From Hypanus sabinus (Eukaryota), in assembly GCF_030144855.1 (NCBI RefSeq), contig NC_082717.1, positions 110,484,001 through 110,548,000 of the forward strand: 64,000 nt of DNA, given 5' to 3'. Under the pieces are notes generated by a model, which searched no databases, was not told the DNA's origin, and saw only the letters and a program-made list of their open reading frames with translations. Numbering within the stretch: position 1 is the stretch's first letter; every line of letters begins with the position of its first letter. This document shows positions 11,090-24,839 of this stretch, piece by piece. Made by a program: the position numbers and the translations under genes.

Positions 11090-13390
11090 CACGCGTACCG
11101 GGCAGAGCCCCGTCCCCACCTCCGTTACTCAGACCAGATCTTACTATGCTAATCCCAGTATACAGACCGCTTGTCAGGCGCTTGTCAGAAGCAGGAGAAA
11201 ACCTGGCCAGCAGGAGCCATCACTGCCCTTCAAGACTACTTTGAGTACACTGACTGACACATGTTCAGGGAGACTGCAACCGATGGTGACTCTACCAACG
11301 TGGAGGAATACACAGATTTAGTGACTAGTTACATCAGCAAGTGAATTAATTATGTTAGTCTGTCCAAGACCATCACTATACGCGCTAACCAGAAGCCATG
11401 AATGACCGCGGAGGTGCGTGCGCTACTGAGGACCCATGACTCCGCCTTCAGAACAGGCGACAATGCAGCCCTAACAACAACAAGGGCCAAACTGTCCCGA
11501 GTCATCAGAGAGGCAAAGCGTGCACACGCACAGAGAATCCACAGCCACTTCCAGGACAGCAGCGACAGGCCGCACCTGAGGAAGGGCATCCAGGTCATCA
11601 CCAATTACAGGACAAAATCACCTAACTGTGAATGTGATGCCTCCCTCCCAGATGTGCTGAAAAACTTCTACGCCCGCTTGGAGGCTGAAAATGACGTGGT
11701 GGCGAGGATGTCCACCCTTCTACAAATGACTAGGTGAAGTGTCTCACCGTGACCGATGTGAGAAGAACACTGTGCAGGGTTAACCCACGGAAGGCTGCTG
11801 GACCAGACAACATTCCCGGTAGAGTGCTCAGAGGATGTGCAGACCAGCTAGCAGATGTTCTCACTGATATCTTCAACATCTCCCTGAGCAGCGCCACCGT
11901 TCCAACGTGCTTCCAGACCGTCACCGTGCCGAATAATTCTTCAGTGTCCTGCCAAAATGACTACCGTCCCATTGCAGTTACATCCATCATCATGAAGTGT
12001 TTCGAGAGGCTCGTCAAGAGGCATATTAAGACCCTGCTGCCCCCCTCACTGAACCCCCTGCAGTTTGCGTACCGTCCCAACCGCTCAACTGATGACGCCA
12101 TTGCCATCACCCTCCACCTGGCCCTAACCCACCTGGACAAAAAAGACACATATGTTAGGACGCTGTTCATAGACTTCAGTTCAGCATTCAACACGATCAT
12201 CCCTCAGAAACTGATTGTAAAGCTGAGCCTACTGGGCCTGAACACCTCCCTCTGCAAATGGATCCTAGATTTCCTGACTGGGAGACCTCAGTCAGTCCGG
12301 ATCGGAGGCAGCATCTCCAATACCATCACACTGAGCACGGGGCCCGCAAAGGCTGTGTGCTCAGTCCACTGCTGTTCTCTCTGCTGACCCACGACTGTGC
12401 TGCAACGCACAGCTCGAAACACAACATCAAGTTCGCCAATGACACGACCGTGGTGGGTTTCATCAGCAAGAACGATGAGTCAGTTGACAGACAGGAGGTG
12501 CAACGGCTAACAGACTGGTGCAGAGCCAACAACTTGTCTCTGAATGTGAACAAAACAAAAAAGATGGTTGTTGACTTCAAGAGGGCACGGAGCGACCACT
12601 CCCCGCTGGACATCGACGGGTCCCTGGTAGCGATCGTTAAGATCACTAAATTTCCTAGTGTTCACCTGGCAGAGAATCTCACCTGGTCCCTCAACACAAG
12701 CTCCATAGCAAAGAAAGCCCAGCAGCGTCTCTACATTCTGCGAAGGCTGAGAAATGTCCATCTCTCATCCCCATCCTCATCACATTCTACAGGGGTTGCA
12801 CTGAGAGCATCCTGAGCAGCTCCATCACTGCCCGGTTCGGAAATTGCAGCATCTCGGATCGCAAGACCCTGCAACGGATTGTGAGGTCAGCTGAGAAGAT
12901 CATCGGAGTCTTTCTTCCCGCCATCACGGGCATTTATACTACACGCTGCATCCGAAAAGCAAACAGCATTATGAAGGACCCTACGCACCCCTCATATAAT
13001 CTCTTCTTCATCCTGCCGTCTGGGAAAAGGCACTGAAGCATTCGGGCTCTCACGACCAGATTATGTAACAGCTTCTTCCCCCAAACTATCAGAGTCCTCA
13101 ATACCCAGCGCCTGGCTGGCCTGACACCGTACTGTCCTATTGTCCTGTGTATTATTTATTATAATGCCTGCAATCTTTTGTGACTCGATGCAGTACTGGG
13201 TAGTCTGTAGTCTAGTGTAGTTGTTGCGTGTTTTTTACTCTCTGTGTTGTTGTTTTTTTTTCGCGTAGTTCAGTCTAGTTTTTGTAATGTGTCATGTAAC
13301 ACCATGGTCCCGAAAAACGTTGTCTCAGTTTTACTGGGTACTGTACCAGCAGTTATGGTTGAAATGACAATAAAAGTGACTTGACTTGAC
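11090..13390 (+). mobile_element. Rex1/Babar LINE, 5'-truncated and frameshifted
   Basis: [55 protein letters not shown] and KFANDT. Tail is AATAAAAGTGAC(TTGAC)2. Confidence 0.92.
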
Positions 13391-13504
13391 ACAGAAAGTC
13401 AGTCCTCAGAGTCATTTGCTCCAGGCAAAAATGTCCGGATTGATCCAGTTTCTCATCAGGAAATCAAGTTGGATTTTCATTCAAACCAAACTTAGATACA
13501 ACCC

Positions 13505-14726
13505 AACTTCAGTGATTGGTAAGTTGATGGAGAAGATTCTGAAAGGCAGGATTTATGAACATTTGGAGAGGCATAATATAAACATAGAAAACCTACAGCA
13601 TAATACAGATCCTTCAGCCCACAAACCTGTACCGAACGTGTCCTTTCGTTAGAAATAGTCAGCATGGCTTTGCCAAAGGCAGGTCGTGCCCAACTGGATG
13701 TGCTGAAACATTTTGATGAAGGCACTGCATCAAGTTGGATAAGTCGCCGGGACCTGATGAGGTGCACCTTTGGCTACAGCGGGAGGTGAAGGAGGAGATT
13801 GCTGAGCCTCTGGCGATGATCTTTGCATCGTCAATGGGGACGGGAGAGGTTCCGGAGGATTGGAGGCATGCAGATGTTGTTCCTTTATTTAAGAAAGGGA
13901 ATAGGGACAGCCCAGGAAATGCTAGACTAATGAGTCTTACCTCAATGGTTGGTAATTTTATGGAGAATATCCTGAGAGGCAGGATTTATGAACATTTGGA
14001 GAGGTATAATATGATTAGGAGTAGTCAGCATGGCTTTGTAAAGGACAGGTCGTGCCTTAAGAGACTGATTGAATTTTTTTTGAGGATCTGACTAAGTACA
14101 TTGATGAAGCAAGTGTAGTAGATGTAGTGTATATGGATTTCAGCAAGTCATTTGATAAGGTACCCCGTGCAAGGCTTATTGAGAAAGTAAGGAGGCATGG
14201 GATCCAAGGGGAAATTGCTTTGTGGATCCAGAACTGGTTTGCCCACAGAAGGCAAAGAATGGTTGTAGACGGGTCATATTCTGCATGGAGGTCAGTGATC
14301 AGTGGTGTGCCTCAGGGATCCGCTCTGGAATCCCTATTCTTCTTGATTTTTGTATATGACCTGGATGAGGAATTGAGTAGTAAATTTGTTGATGACACAA
14401 AGGTTGTGGGTGTTGTGGATAGAGTGGAGGGCTGTTAGAGGTTACAGCGGGGTATCGATAGGATGAGAAACTGGCCTGAAAAGTCGCAGATGGAGTTCCA
14501 CCTAGATAAGTGTAAGGTGCCTCATTTTGGTAGGTTAAATATGATGGCAGAAAACAATATTAATCGTAAGATTCTTGGCCGTGTGGAGGTTCAGAACGAT
14601 CCTGGGATCTGAGCCCAAAGGACACTCAAAGATGCTACGCATTTTAAGTCTGTGATTAAGAATGCATACGGTGTAATGACCTTCCTCAAACATGGGATTG
14701 AATTTAGGAGCCGCGAGGTAATGTTA
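13505..14726 (+). mobile_element. CR1 LINE RT fragments with a short antisense CR1 tail nested at ~13580-13650
   Basis: [32 protein letters not shown] and KFVDD. Confidence 0.85.
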
Positions 14727-15236
14727 AACATAGAAAACCTACTGCACAATACAGGTCCTTCGGCCCACAAAGTTCTGCCGAACATGTCACTACCTTAGAA
14801 AATACTAGGGTTACACATAGCCCTCTATCTTTCGAAGCTCCATGTATCTATCCAAAAGTCTCTTAAAAGACCCTATCGTATCCGCTTCCACCAACGTTGC
14901 CGGAAGCCCATTCCACGCACTCACCACTCTCTGTGTAAAAAACTTACTCCTGACATCTCCTCTGTGCCTGCTCCTCAACACTTTAAACCTGTGTCCTCTT
15001 CGAGCAACCATTTCAGCCCTGGGAAAAAGCCTCTGACTATCCACACGATCAATGCCTCTCATCAACTTATACACCTCAATCTGGTCACCTCTCATTCTCC
15101 GTCGCTCCAAGGCGAAAAGGCCAAGTTCACTCAAACTGTTTTCATAAGGCATGTTCCCCCATACAGGCAACATCCTTGTAAATTTCCTCTGCATCCTGTA
15201 CATGGCGTGCACATCCTTCCGGTAGAGAGGCGACTA
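14727..15236 (-). mobile_element. CR1 LINE 3' end
   Basis: ORF 14811..15212 contains ERRRMRGD...FFTQRVVSAWNGLP; tail at 14727. Confidence 0.85.
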
Positions 15237-15247
15237 GCTAGTGTGGA

Positions 15248-16470
15248 TGTCATGGTTCGGTCCGTTGTGTCCGCGTTCCGGTTCACGGTCCCGTCCAATA
15301 CTCCAGAATCCGGGTCTTCCGGCTGATCTTTCTTTCATTTAGGCTTAATCATAGGCACCTGATTCTCTTCTTATGGCTGGGAATATAAATGGCCCTAGGT
15401 TCGAGTGCCGGTGCTTGTTCGTGTTTCAGTCTCTGTGGGGTAAGTCAGGACGTCTTTGCGTTACCCTGGGGTTGTATCTGACCCTTCCTGTCCTTGCCTC
15501 CGTTGGGTATGCCGTTACCCTGAGGCTGGACTGTTCCCTTCCATTCCCCTTCTTTCTGTCGCCATTGGCTGAAGCCTTGCCCTGCAACCTCGCCTGCGTC
15601 CCGGCCTGTATTGCCGTCTAGTTCAGCCGCCGGAGTGCGTCCAGAGCCATGCCACTCCAACAGAGAGAACTATCGATCGTTAAGCTTGGAACTGTTTATT
15701 TATGTCCCTGTGTTTAGTGTTCGGGTATGAGCCCCGGTCCTACGTCCTGTCCCCAAGGAGGGGTCCTGACAATCTGTTCCGTGTACGAATCCCGGCACTA
15801 TGTCGTGTCCCCAAAAAGGGGGCTTGACTCTGTGTATAGCCCAGGCCCTATGTCCTGTTACCAAGGAGGCATCCTGGCTCTGTGTTCTGTTTTCCTGTGC
15901 TCCAGTCCAAGGCTCAGTGTTCCTTTGCTCAATTCAAAGGCTCTGTGTTACCGTGCTCAGGTCCAAGGTTCTGTGTGCCTGTGGTCATGTCGAAGGCTCC
16001 TAGGCGTTTTCAGTCCATGTCTAAGGCTCCGAGGAGGTTCCAGTCCGTGCCTAAAGCTCCGAGGTTCCGGTCCGTTATCAAGTCCAAGTCGTAGCCCAGG
16101 CCCTAAGTCCTGGTCTCGTCCAGGGCTAGTGTCCGTGTCCAGCTACGCCTCTCACCGCTTCTGTTTTCCTCTTCCTCGACGAAGACCAAGTCTGAGCTTT
16201 ATGTCCTCGTCCAGCCCTGGAATCTCGCGTCCTTCCCCCATTTCCAGTGCTATTGCCTTGCCAGGTCCAGTCCTCGCCTGGATCCGGAGTCTGAGCCCGA
16301 GTCAAGACCCAGGTTCCGGGTCTCTGTCCAGTTTCTGGATCGGAGTTCTTATCTAGGTTCCTAGTTCCTGGTTCCCTATTTCTAGTTCCTCGTCCAGGTC
16401 CCACTTTCTCCAGTACTTCAGTGCCTGTGTCTTGCATTTGGGTCCATTCCCAACGCCCCAACTTATGACA
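15248..16470 (+). mobile_element. Solo-LTR-like element (1223 bp) with a repetitive interior
   Basis: TGTCAT...ATGACA termini, near-perfect 5-bp TSD gtgga/gtgaa, and TATAAA at 15384-15389. Interrupts a CR1. Confidence 0.75.
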
Positions 16471-17320
16471 GTGAAGGGCTTACAGTGATTACAGAGATTA
16501 CAGTGAGGCATTGATAGGATGCAAAAATGGGCTGAGAAGTGGCAAATGGAGTTCAACGCAGATACGTGTTACGTGGTTCATTTTGGTAGGTTAAATATGA
16601 TGCCAGAATATAGTATTAATGGTAAAACTCTTGGTAGTGTCGAGGATCAGAGGGATCTTGTGGTCCATAGGACACACAAAGCTGCAGTGCAGGTTGACTC
16701 TGTGGTTAAGAAGGCATACTGTGAATTAGCCTTCATCAATCATGGGATTGAGTTCAGGTGCTGAGTGGTAATGTTGCAGCTATATCGGACCCTGGTCAAC
16801 CCCCTCTTGGAGTACTATGCTCAATTAAGTTCTGGTCGCCTCACTGCAGGAAGGATGTGGAAACCATATAAAGGGTGCAGAGAAGATTTACAAGAATGTT
16901 GCCTGGATTGGAGAGCATGCCTCATGAGACTAGTTGAGTGAATTCAGCCTTTTCTTCTTGGAGCAACGGCGGATGAGAGGTGACCGAATAGCTTCTTAGA
17001 CAATGAGACACATTGATCATGTGGATACTCAGATGCTTTTTCCCAGGGCTGAAATGGCTAGCACGAAAGAGCACAGTTTTAAGGTGCTTGGAAGTAGGTA
17101 CAGAGATGTCAGGGGTTGTTTTTATGTAGGGAGTGGTGAATACGTGGAATGCGTTACCGGCGATGGTGTTGGAGTTGGATGCGATAGGGTCTTTTAAGAG
17201 ACTCCTGGATAGGTAAATGGAGCTTAGAAAAATAGAGGGATATAGGTAACCCTAGGTAAATTCTTAGGCAAGGACACGTTTGGCACTGCTTTGTGGGCTG
17301 GAGGTTTTCTATGTTTCTAT
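16471..17320 (+). mobile_element. CR1 LINE 3' end
   Basis: WAEKWQMEFNADTC..VHFG and a (TTTCTATG) tail. Confidence 0.85.
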
Positions 17321-17926
17321 AAATGAGGCAGCTCTCCTCTGTGGCCAATGTGTAAAACATAGAAAATAGCAAGAAAACATTCAGAAATAGCGAGTATCAT
17401 AACCCGAAATATAGAGGAAAGCAACATATTCACTGAAAAATAGCTTATCGCCCATAACCCTGAGTGACATGGTCCGGCAATCGACGATACAGTCTCTCGG
17501 CAGTGTGCAGAGTCAAGCAATCACGCCTGTCATTCCACCGCTGGAACACAGGAGGGCAGAGCTAACGTGATAGGAAAGGCCCCAGCCGAACAGAGCTCAA
17601 CCATACTGTAGTGCTTTCAGACCATCACCTGTTCTGCAGCAGAAGGCACGACCAAAGCCTGAGGCCACGTTCTCACAACATCTGATGCCATACAGATCCA
17701 ACGTCGGCTGTCCCCTCTCCAGACAAAGGTAACAGGCTTGTGGCAATTGATATTATCACTGTCCCGCAGTCTTGCGATCGCAAATGAAATGCCCAGGACA
17801 ATCTCCGATGCTTTCATGTAGCTGTCAGCACAGCCTGCAGTCAGGACACTCATCTGCACCCAACCGGGCTCATCCAAACATATCGACAGAATCCTCCGAA
17901 TCCTCCTCTGAATCCTCAGAACCCAA

Positions 17927-18006
17927 CGGGCTCCTCTGACATCCTAGTGGGTTCCTCTGATATCCTGACGAGCTCCTCTGATATCCTGACGGGGTCCTCC
18001 GATATC
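17927..18006. repeat. 21-bp minisatellite, about 4 copies
   Basis: Unit approximately gggctcctctgatatcctgac. Confidence 0.75.
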
Positions 18007-18699
18007 ATTCAAGACGTAGCTCTGACAACATCATAATGAAATTTTTCGCACAATTTCCAGCTTAATGCCATCCTTGCTGCCACCAGGTAACCAGAATTCC
18101 GGACAGTAATCAGAGTGCGTTTTCACTCTTATATAGTTGTACCATGCCATGACATCTCTGGCACTGATTCCAAGGTCCAGATGACGTTACTGCTCGCTGT
18201 TGAGTCATGTTGGGTGTTCAGGTCTGGTCTCACCGGAACCCAACATGGATAGTTTTTGGACTTAAACCCACCGACAGTAAAGTGCACAAGCAGATTGCTT
18301 GATGGAGTTTGAATGTTGTGTGACGTTAATTCAATGTGGAGCTCAGATTGTGTTTATATAAAACAAACCACTAACTTTCAGCTCTGTTTCTGGGCCCAGG
18401 ACAAGCCGTGCACCCAGAACACAAAACATCACTCTGGGTGGACCATGCAATCCATAATCACGTGACTAATGTCCTGGTTCCCCATCTGAGTGACAGATTG
18501 TTTCCATAGATTTTGTTTTTGTAAAATACACAATAGAAACATGCTCCCATGTCCAGTGACCAGGGTACAGAACTGGGTCCGATGAACAGTAACAATAATT
18601 GCAGAGGTCAACACCAACAATGGCTTTTCAACTTCACGATGGATTCAGTAACCACGATGTTTCAATAGCCAGCATGCAATTTAAACCTTTTCTCTACTG

Positions 18700-19520
18700 T
18701 GAGATTGGCTGTACACTAAAGCGTCGACGACTGAGTGAATCTCTTCCCGATTTAGAACAAGTGAATGGCCTCACCCCAGTGGGAAGTCACTGATGCGTCT
18801 GTAGGTCGGCTGAGTGAATCTCTTCCCACATTCAGAGAAGGCGAATGTCTCCTTTGTCTGAACTCGCTGGTGTATCAGTAGATCAGATATCTGACTGAAT
18901 CCCCTCCAACAGTCTGCGCAGCTGAACAGCTTTTCACCAAAGTGAATTCAAGTCCGTTGACCGGATAAATCCCCTTCCCACATTCTTAGCAAGTGAAACG
19001 CCTCTCCCCTGTGTGAATTCTATGATGTCGCCTCAGTTCTAATCACCTAGGAAACCCCTTCCCACAGACTGATCAGGGGAACAGCCTCTCCCCAATGTGA
19101 ATTCGCCGGTGTATCTTCAGTTCAGTTCAGATGACCGAGTAAACCCCTTCCCACAGTCTGAGCAGGTGAATGGTCTCTCCCCACTGTGAGCTGACTGGTG
19201 TGCCACTAGGTTAGATAACCATGTGAAACTGTTCCCACGATCAAAGCAGAGCTATGGTATCCCCCCTGTGTGAACTGTGTGGTGTGTCTGTAGTCTCGGT
19301 GACCGAGTGAATTCCTTCCCACAATTTGAGCAGGTCAACGGCCTCTCCTCAACGAGAACGTGAAGATATGTCTGCAGGTGGGATGAGTGAGCGAATGATT
19401 TCCCACAGTTTCCTGTCAATTCATCAAGTCAGATGTACAATTAATACACCTGAAGAACTGATCTCCAGTGACCATATGCTGGTGTGTTTTCAACACCCCG
19501 GTTCCAGTGGATTTCACTGA
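18700..19520 (-). pseudogene. Decayed C2H2 (Kruppel-type) zinc-finger array
   Basis: Repeated ~84-nt units on the minus strand, e.g. cacacaggggagagg..ttcacctgctcagactgtgggaaggggttt (HTGERPFTCSDCGKGF), with many stops and frameshifts. Confidence 0.85.
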
Positions 19521-21289
19521 GCTACAACACAAAACTTCATGCCAGACACAAAACACGTTTCCATCTAGGAAAGATACAGTTGAGATACTTCTTCATCTCC
19601 AAGGATCAGCAACTGATGTATTGGTGTCACAATGGAACTATCTGGTCACTCCTTAAATATAAGGACGGAGACAGCATAACTGACGAGCTGTAGTCTTTGA
19701 GATCCTTGTACAAAATTATGTTGCCGTTTTTAACCTGGGACAGGATTGACAAAGGCATCCTATCACAGACAAGAGCAAATCAGCAGATGATAGAAATCCG
19801 AGAAACACACACAAAATATTGTAGAGACTCAGCAGGCCAGACAGCATCTACGGATAAGAGTCCAGTTAACGTAATGGGCCAAAGCTTTTCAGCAGGACTG
19901 TTGAAACCCTTTGGCAGGCCTGAGAGTCTCGAGACACCGATCCTTGCAGGCATGCTCGCATTCTTTTCAAGAGGAACGAAATATTAAAGCAAGAGTGCGC
20001 TGTTGAGGCTTCATTAAGCACAGGTGAGGCCTCAGTCGAAGTATTGTGAGCGGTTTTAGACCCCTTATCTCAGAAAGGATGTTCTGACATTGGACAGTGA
20101 TCAACCGTGGTTCATGGAAATGATTCTGGATTTGAAAGGCTTATCATAACGCGGAGTATTTGATGGTCTCTACTTTCTGGCGTTTAGATGGAGGTCCTCA
20201 CTGAAGCCTATTCAATATGGAATAGTGGCACCAGAGTGGATTTGGAGAGGATGTTTCCTGTTATGGGGTATCTAAGACGAGAGGGAAGAGTAACAAAATG
20301 CAGGGATGCCCTTTTAGAAAGGAGGTGAGAAGGAATCACTTTAGCCTGAGAGTGCAGAATCTGTGGAATTCGTTGCCACAGGAAGCTGCAGAGACCAAGT
20401 GAATGGGTGTATTTAAGGCAGGGGATGATGGATTATTAATTAGTGAGGGCATGAGGTGATACGGGGAGTAGTCAGGAGATTGGGGCTGAGAGGGACAATG
20501 GTCAGCCATGATGAACTGGTGGAGCAGACTCAATGGACAATTCTGCTCCTAAATCTTTTTTCAGAATAAATGATTTTAGCCTCTATGCTGATCTCTGACA
20601 GCACACTGTTACAGTGAGGTTCAACCCAGCATGTGGGAAGAAGTCATCTTCCTGCTAGGCATGGTGCAGGCATCTGAACTGACTATCAAAGTCTCTGATC
20701 CCCAGCCCCCTGCACCTTGACTGACGGTGATAAACTCATCGATGGCGATGCCAATGAATATAACAGGGAGGACAGTAATCTTTCTCATTGGAGCCTGGCA
20801 TGTTTATAACGTGAAAGCTACAGGTCACCTGTCTAGTACAAAGGTGTTTGATATCACTTGTACCCAGAGAGAATGGTACAAAACTTTTCCCACGTGTAGA
20901 TAGGTCCAGAACCAAAGGAGACAGTACAAAGGTGATTTTCTCATGAAGTAAATCTGATGGAAGAATTTTGCTCTTTCGTTCTCTGCAGCTCTATTTGATA
21001 TCTTCATTGATTGCACGGTAGACAATTCTTTTGAGATTAAGTCCAGACTATATTTTCTACCGAGTTTCTAAGCCTTGTAATGAGATAGCTGAAGCTCAGT
21101 AGTGTCTAGAAGATCTATCCACTCCCATTTCCTCCGCCCGTCCTTCCAAGCACGCTGGATTGTGTCAGTCATGGCTGCCTCAATACCCAGAACACCCGAG
21201 GAAAGGGAGATCCATCTATTGCCCACATTCGCTGATCTGCAAAAATCTCCCCAGTGCCTGGGTAGAGATAGTAAATCTGAGGGAGCGCG

Positions 21290-21600
21290 ATAGGACCGCG
21301 ACTGTCCCCGGGTTTGGAGACACGATGCGTCTGGAACTCGCAACATTTGCCCCTCAGTTATAGTTCACCGGTGCCGATAAAATCCCCGCCTGGAGCTACG
21401 CTCTTCCTGCCACCGATAGTTTAGAATCAAAACCACCGATAGTTTACGCCGACTGTTTATACTTTTCCGTAGATTTTGTCTGAGCTGCTAATTCCTCCGC
21501 AATTTGTGTGAGTTGCCGAACCTGTCAAGTTGTTTCCTCGACTGAGCGCACGTCCGATTCAGGGGGAGGATGTGTAAACCATACGCATGCGCATTTGTTT
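21290..21600. promoter_or_regulatory. CpG-rich putative promoter with an NRF1-like site
   Basis: Locally high CpG density and CGCATGCGCA at 21584-21593, about 2 kb upstream of the minus-strand ZNF remnant. Confidence 0.4.
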
Positions 21601-21829
21601 TCCTGTATCGTGGAGGATACTGGGTAAGGAGGATGCTTTTAACAGTTTCTACAAGATCAGCGTAGCAAATTGTACGCCATGTGCCTCAATAGCAGTCAAT
21701 GTTTTTTATGTAGAAAACTCAGCACCTACCTTAACGCAGCAAGATCTCACAAATAATGTACTCAATACCAATGGGTGTACCATTATACAACTGTCAAAAT
21801 TCAACCCACTTGCAAAAGCAGATATTAAA

Positions 21830-22025
21830 AACAAGATAACTTGCAGACGCTGGAAATAAATTGTAGCGCAACACACACGAAGTACTGCAGGACTTCAGTA
21901 GCTCAAGCAGCATCTAAGCACAGGTACATACCGCGTTGGCATAATGAAGAGTCTCAGCCTAAAAGGTCGAATATTTATTCCTCTCCATAGATGCCCCCTA
22001 CCCGCTGAGGTTCTCCAGCAGTTTA
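21830..22025. mobile_element. Degenerate fold-back Penelope-tail derivative
   Basis: Left arm resembles 1941-1985 and the right arm its reverse complement. Decayed hammerhead-like core at 21940-21972. Confidence 0.5.
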
Positions 22026-22926
22026 CAGAAATAAACCTGTTTTTGAAACAATCAGTTTCCTAATGTAGCCGATCTTTTATTTGTGGTCATATCATCCTGG
22101 TCTGATTCCCTCCTCTTCACCAAAACCCTCATTTGTGCTGGCTCCTCTTTCGATTCTGACACATCGAAGATTTACCCACCATTCTGCTGTCATAGTTTGT
22201 GAAGATCTTAAATTGCACCAACCCAGCTGACGCACAACCCTTTGAAATCAGTGAGAAGAACAGGGAAGGGACACATGACATTCTTCTTTGACCCAGAGCC
22301 CCAAGGAATGAGGAATATTTGGGACAAACCCCCAGAGAATTCGTCATCTTCTGCAGCTTGAGGAAATCTTCCGAGGAAATTCAAATTAAACCGCTTCACC
22401 CACAGAGCCCTGATCATTTACAGTTGGTCATCACGGGGAGAGGGTGAGTGAACAGCAAGGATGGATTTGAAAGTACTGATATAGAATAGGAACACGAGCA
22501 GGGACGAGCTGGACTGAGTGAACTCTCCATTGTACAGCCGGCGTGTTGCAGAGACAGTAAGCACCAGGGACACAGGATTTGAAACAGAACTAATTTAATT
22601 GACACAGATCACAAAGTAAGCAACAGGGACAGAAGGTATGAAATAGAACTGATATATTTGTCACAGATCTCAATATTCGTTGGATGGCGTCCAATCAGTG
22701 AAAGGGAACACAAAAGTTCAAACGCTATCTGGAAGTTATTCTCCAGATAGCCACGAAACCAAGAAAGAAACGAACAGCAGCAAGAGCATTTTCCCAATTC
22801 CAATTTTCCGCACAAAAAAAGATCAACGGAGCAGGCACATCGACACCCAAATCCCCCTCCCCCGCACAACGAAAACGAGAATGTTGGGGTGGGAGGCACA
22901 GAATACATACAAACCTTAAGACTGAA

Positions 22927-23160
22927 CATTGTCCATAGCCCAAGTCCATATTTATTTCCATAATCAGAACGTCCATCATCCATAGTCCAAGCCCATATCC
23001 ACTTCCATATCCAGAATGTCCACAAACCATGGTCTAAGACCATATCCATTTCCATATCCAGAATGTCCACTGTCCATGGTTCAAGTCCATATCCACTTCC
23101 ACATCCAGAATGTCCACAGTCCATGGTCCAAGTCCATATCCGTTTCCATATCCAGATTCC
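22927..23160. repeat. 47-bp minisatellite, 5 copies
   Basis: Unit ccatggtccaagtccatatccacttccatatccagaatgtccacagt, with starts at 22933, 22980, 23027, 23074 and 23121. Confidence 0.9.
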
Positions 23161-23214
23161 AGCAAAACTAGGTAACATTCCGCAGGCACAATGTCAGGCC
23201 ATACAGGCCACACG

Positions 23215-24660
23215 TGAGTGACCAGGTCTGTGGAACTCTTTGCTGCCGTGACTCGGAAGAGAACCGAAGTGTTGAAAACTGCAGTAGTGATCGGAAATTC
23301 CATTGTCAGAGGAAAAGAGATGAGGTTCCGTGAACGCCGGAGAGATACCCTAATGGGGTCTGGCAGGTGCCATACTCAGGGATGTCTCCGATCATGCCTC
23401 CACATTCTGACGATGGAGGCTGAGCAGCCAGAAATCTTTGTACACATCGGCATTAATTATATGGTTAGGAAACATGAGGAGATCCTGAAGAGAAATTTTA
23501 GGTAGCTGGGTAGAAAGCTTAAAAGCACGTTCTCCAGGTCAGTACTTTCCCGTTTGCTGCCTGTGCCATGTGTCAGTGAGGGTAAAAACAGGATGATTCG
23601 ACAGATGAATGTGTGGTTGAGGAACTGCTGCAGGGGCATTGGATAAGATTTCTGGATAATTGGGACTCTTCTGGGGATGGGACGATTTGTACAAAAGGGA
23701 TGGGTTATACCTGAACCTGGCAGGGTCCAATATACTTGTGGGCAGGGTTGTTAGAGCTAGTGTTTAAAATAATTTGTCAGAGGGATGGGAACCGTAGTGA
23801 TAGTGCTGAGGATGAGCTAGTTGCTTGGCAAACAGACGGAATGTCCTGTGAGAGTACTAGCAAATAGAGGCTATTGTCAGGGCAAAATTACAGTCAACGG
23901 AATGAGTTGTAGCGTTAAAATTGGACAACATCGATAAGGAGATGAATGCATGACTGAAGGTGTTACATTTGAACGTGCGCAGAATACAGAATAACAGAGT
24001 AGCCCGGTGTGAATTGTGTGCATCACACTATGGTGGCTGACAGAAGATTATAACTAGGAGTTTAACGGCCAAGGGGAATCATTCTATCAAAAGGACAGGT
24101 AGGTGGGCAAATGGGATGGGTGGCTCTGCTGTTAAAAATGAAATCAAATCATTAAAACAAAGAGGCGACATAGGATCAGAAGATATAGATTTTCTGTGGA
24201 TAGAGCGAAGAAACTTTAAGTGTAATGAGACGCTGAGGGAGGCTTTATACAGACCTTCAACAGTCATAATGATGTGGTCTTCGAATTACAACGGGAGACA
24301 GAAAATGCAAGTCAAAGGGGCATAATTACATCGATTTGTACTTCATAGAGCGCGAAATGCAGAATCAAATATCGCTGTGATCATTGTACGCTCTATTAAC
24401 AATAGTTTGGTGATAATAATGTAAAGTAAAGTAACGATAGTCATAGGGGATACCAAATGGGAAAATCAGATTGCTGTTCGCTACCAAGAGGGGAATTTGT
24501 AGACTACCTACGAGATGTCCGTTTCGAGCAGCTGTTGTTTGATCCCACTGGAGATCAGCTAATGTGGATTGGGTGTTGAGGAATGATCCGGCATTGAGCC
24601 CTGATGAAATGACAGTGCAGGCTCAATGGGCCGAATGACTTTATGTGCTCCTATATCTTA
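23215..24660 (+). mobile_element. Old CR1 5' region (ORF1 SGNH esterase and start of ORF2)
   Basis: AVVIGNSIVRG (GDSIVR-like), VHIGIN, a DGLxLN-like segment, then endonuclease-like LYRP. Confidence 0.7.
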
Positions 24661-24839
24661 TGGAGTTCTGTTCAAACAAATCCCTGAAATGTTGAGTGAC
24701 CACGGTTCCGTCCTGGGTGTGAGTAGCTGCTGCAAAATCTGCAGAATCTGACATTAACAGCCCCTTGTCCACTCACAACTTGATTTAGTCACCATCATGT
24801 TTAAATAATTAACAGACAGCTTACTTGAACTTCCTGGTG

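Noticed and set aside
15727-16461. 209-aa and 111-aa ORFs
   Set aside because: Repetitive interior of an LTR-like element with no recognisable domain.
22609-23303. Trp/Gly-rich ORFs
   Set aside because: Products of the 47-bp repeat, whose period is not a multiple of three.
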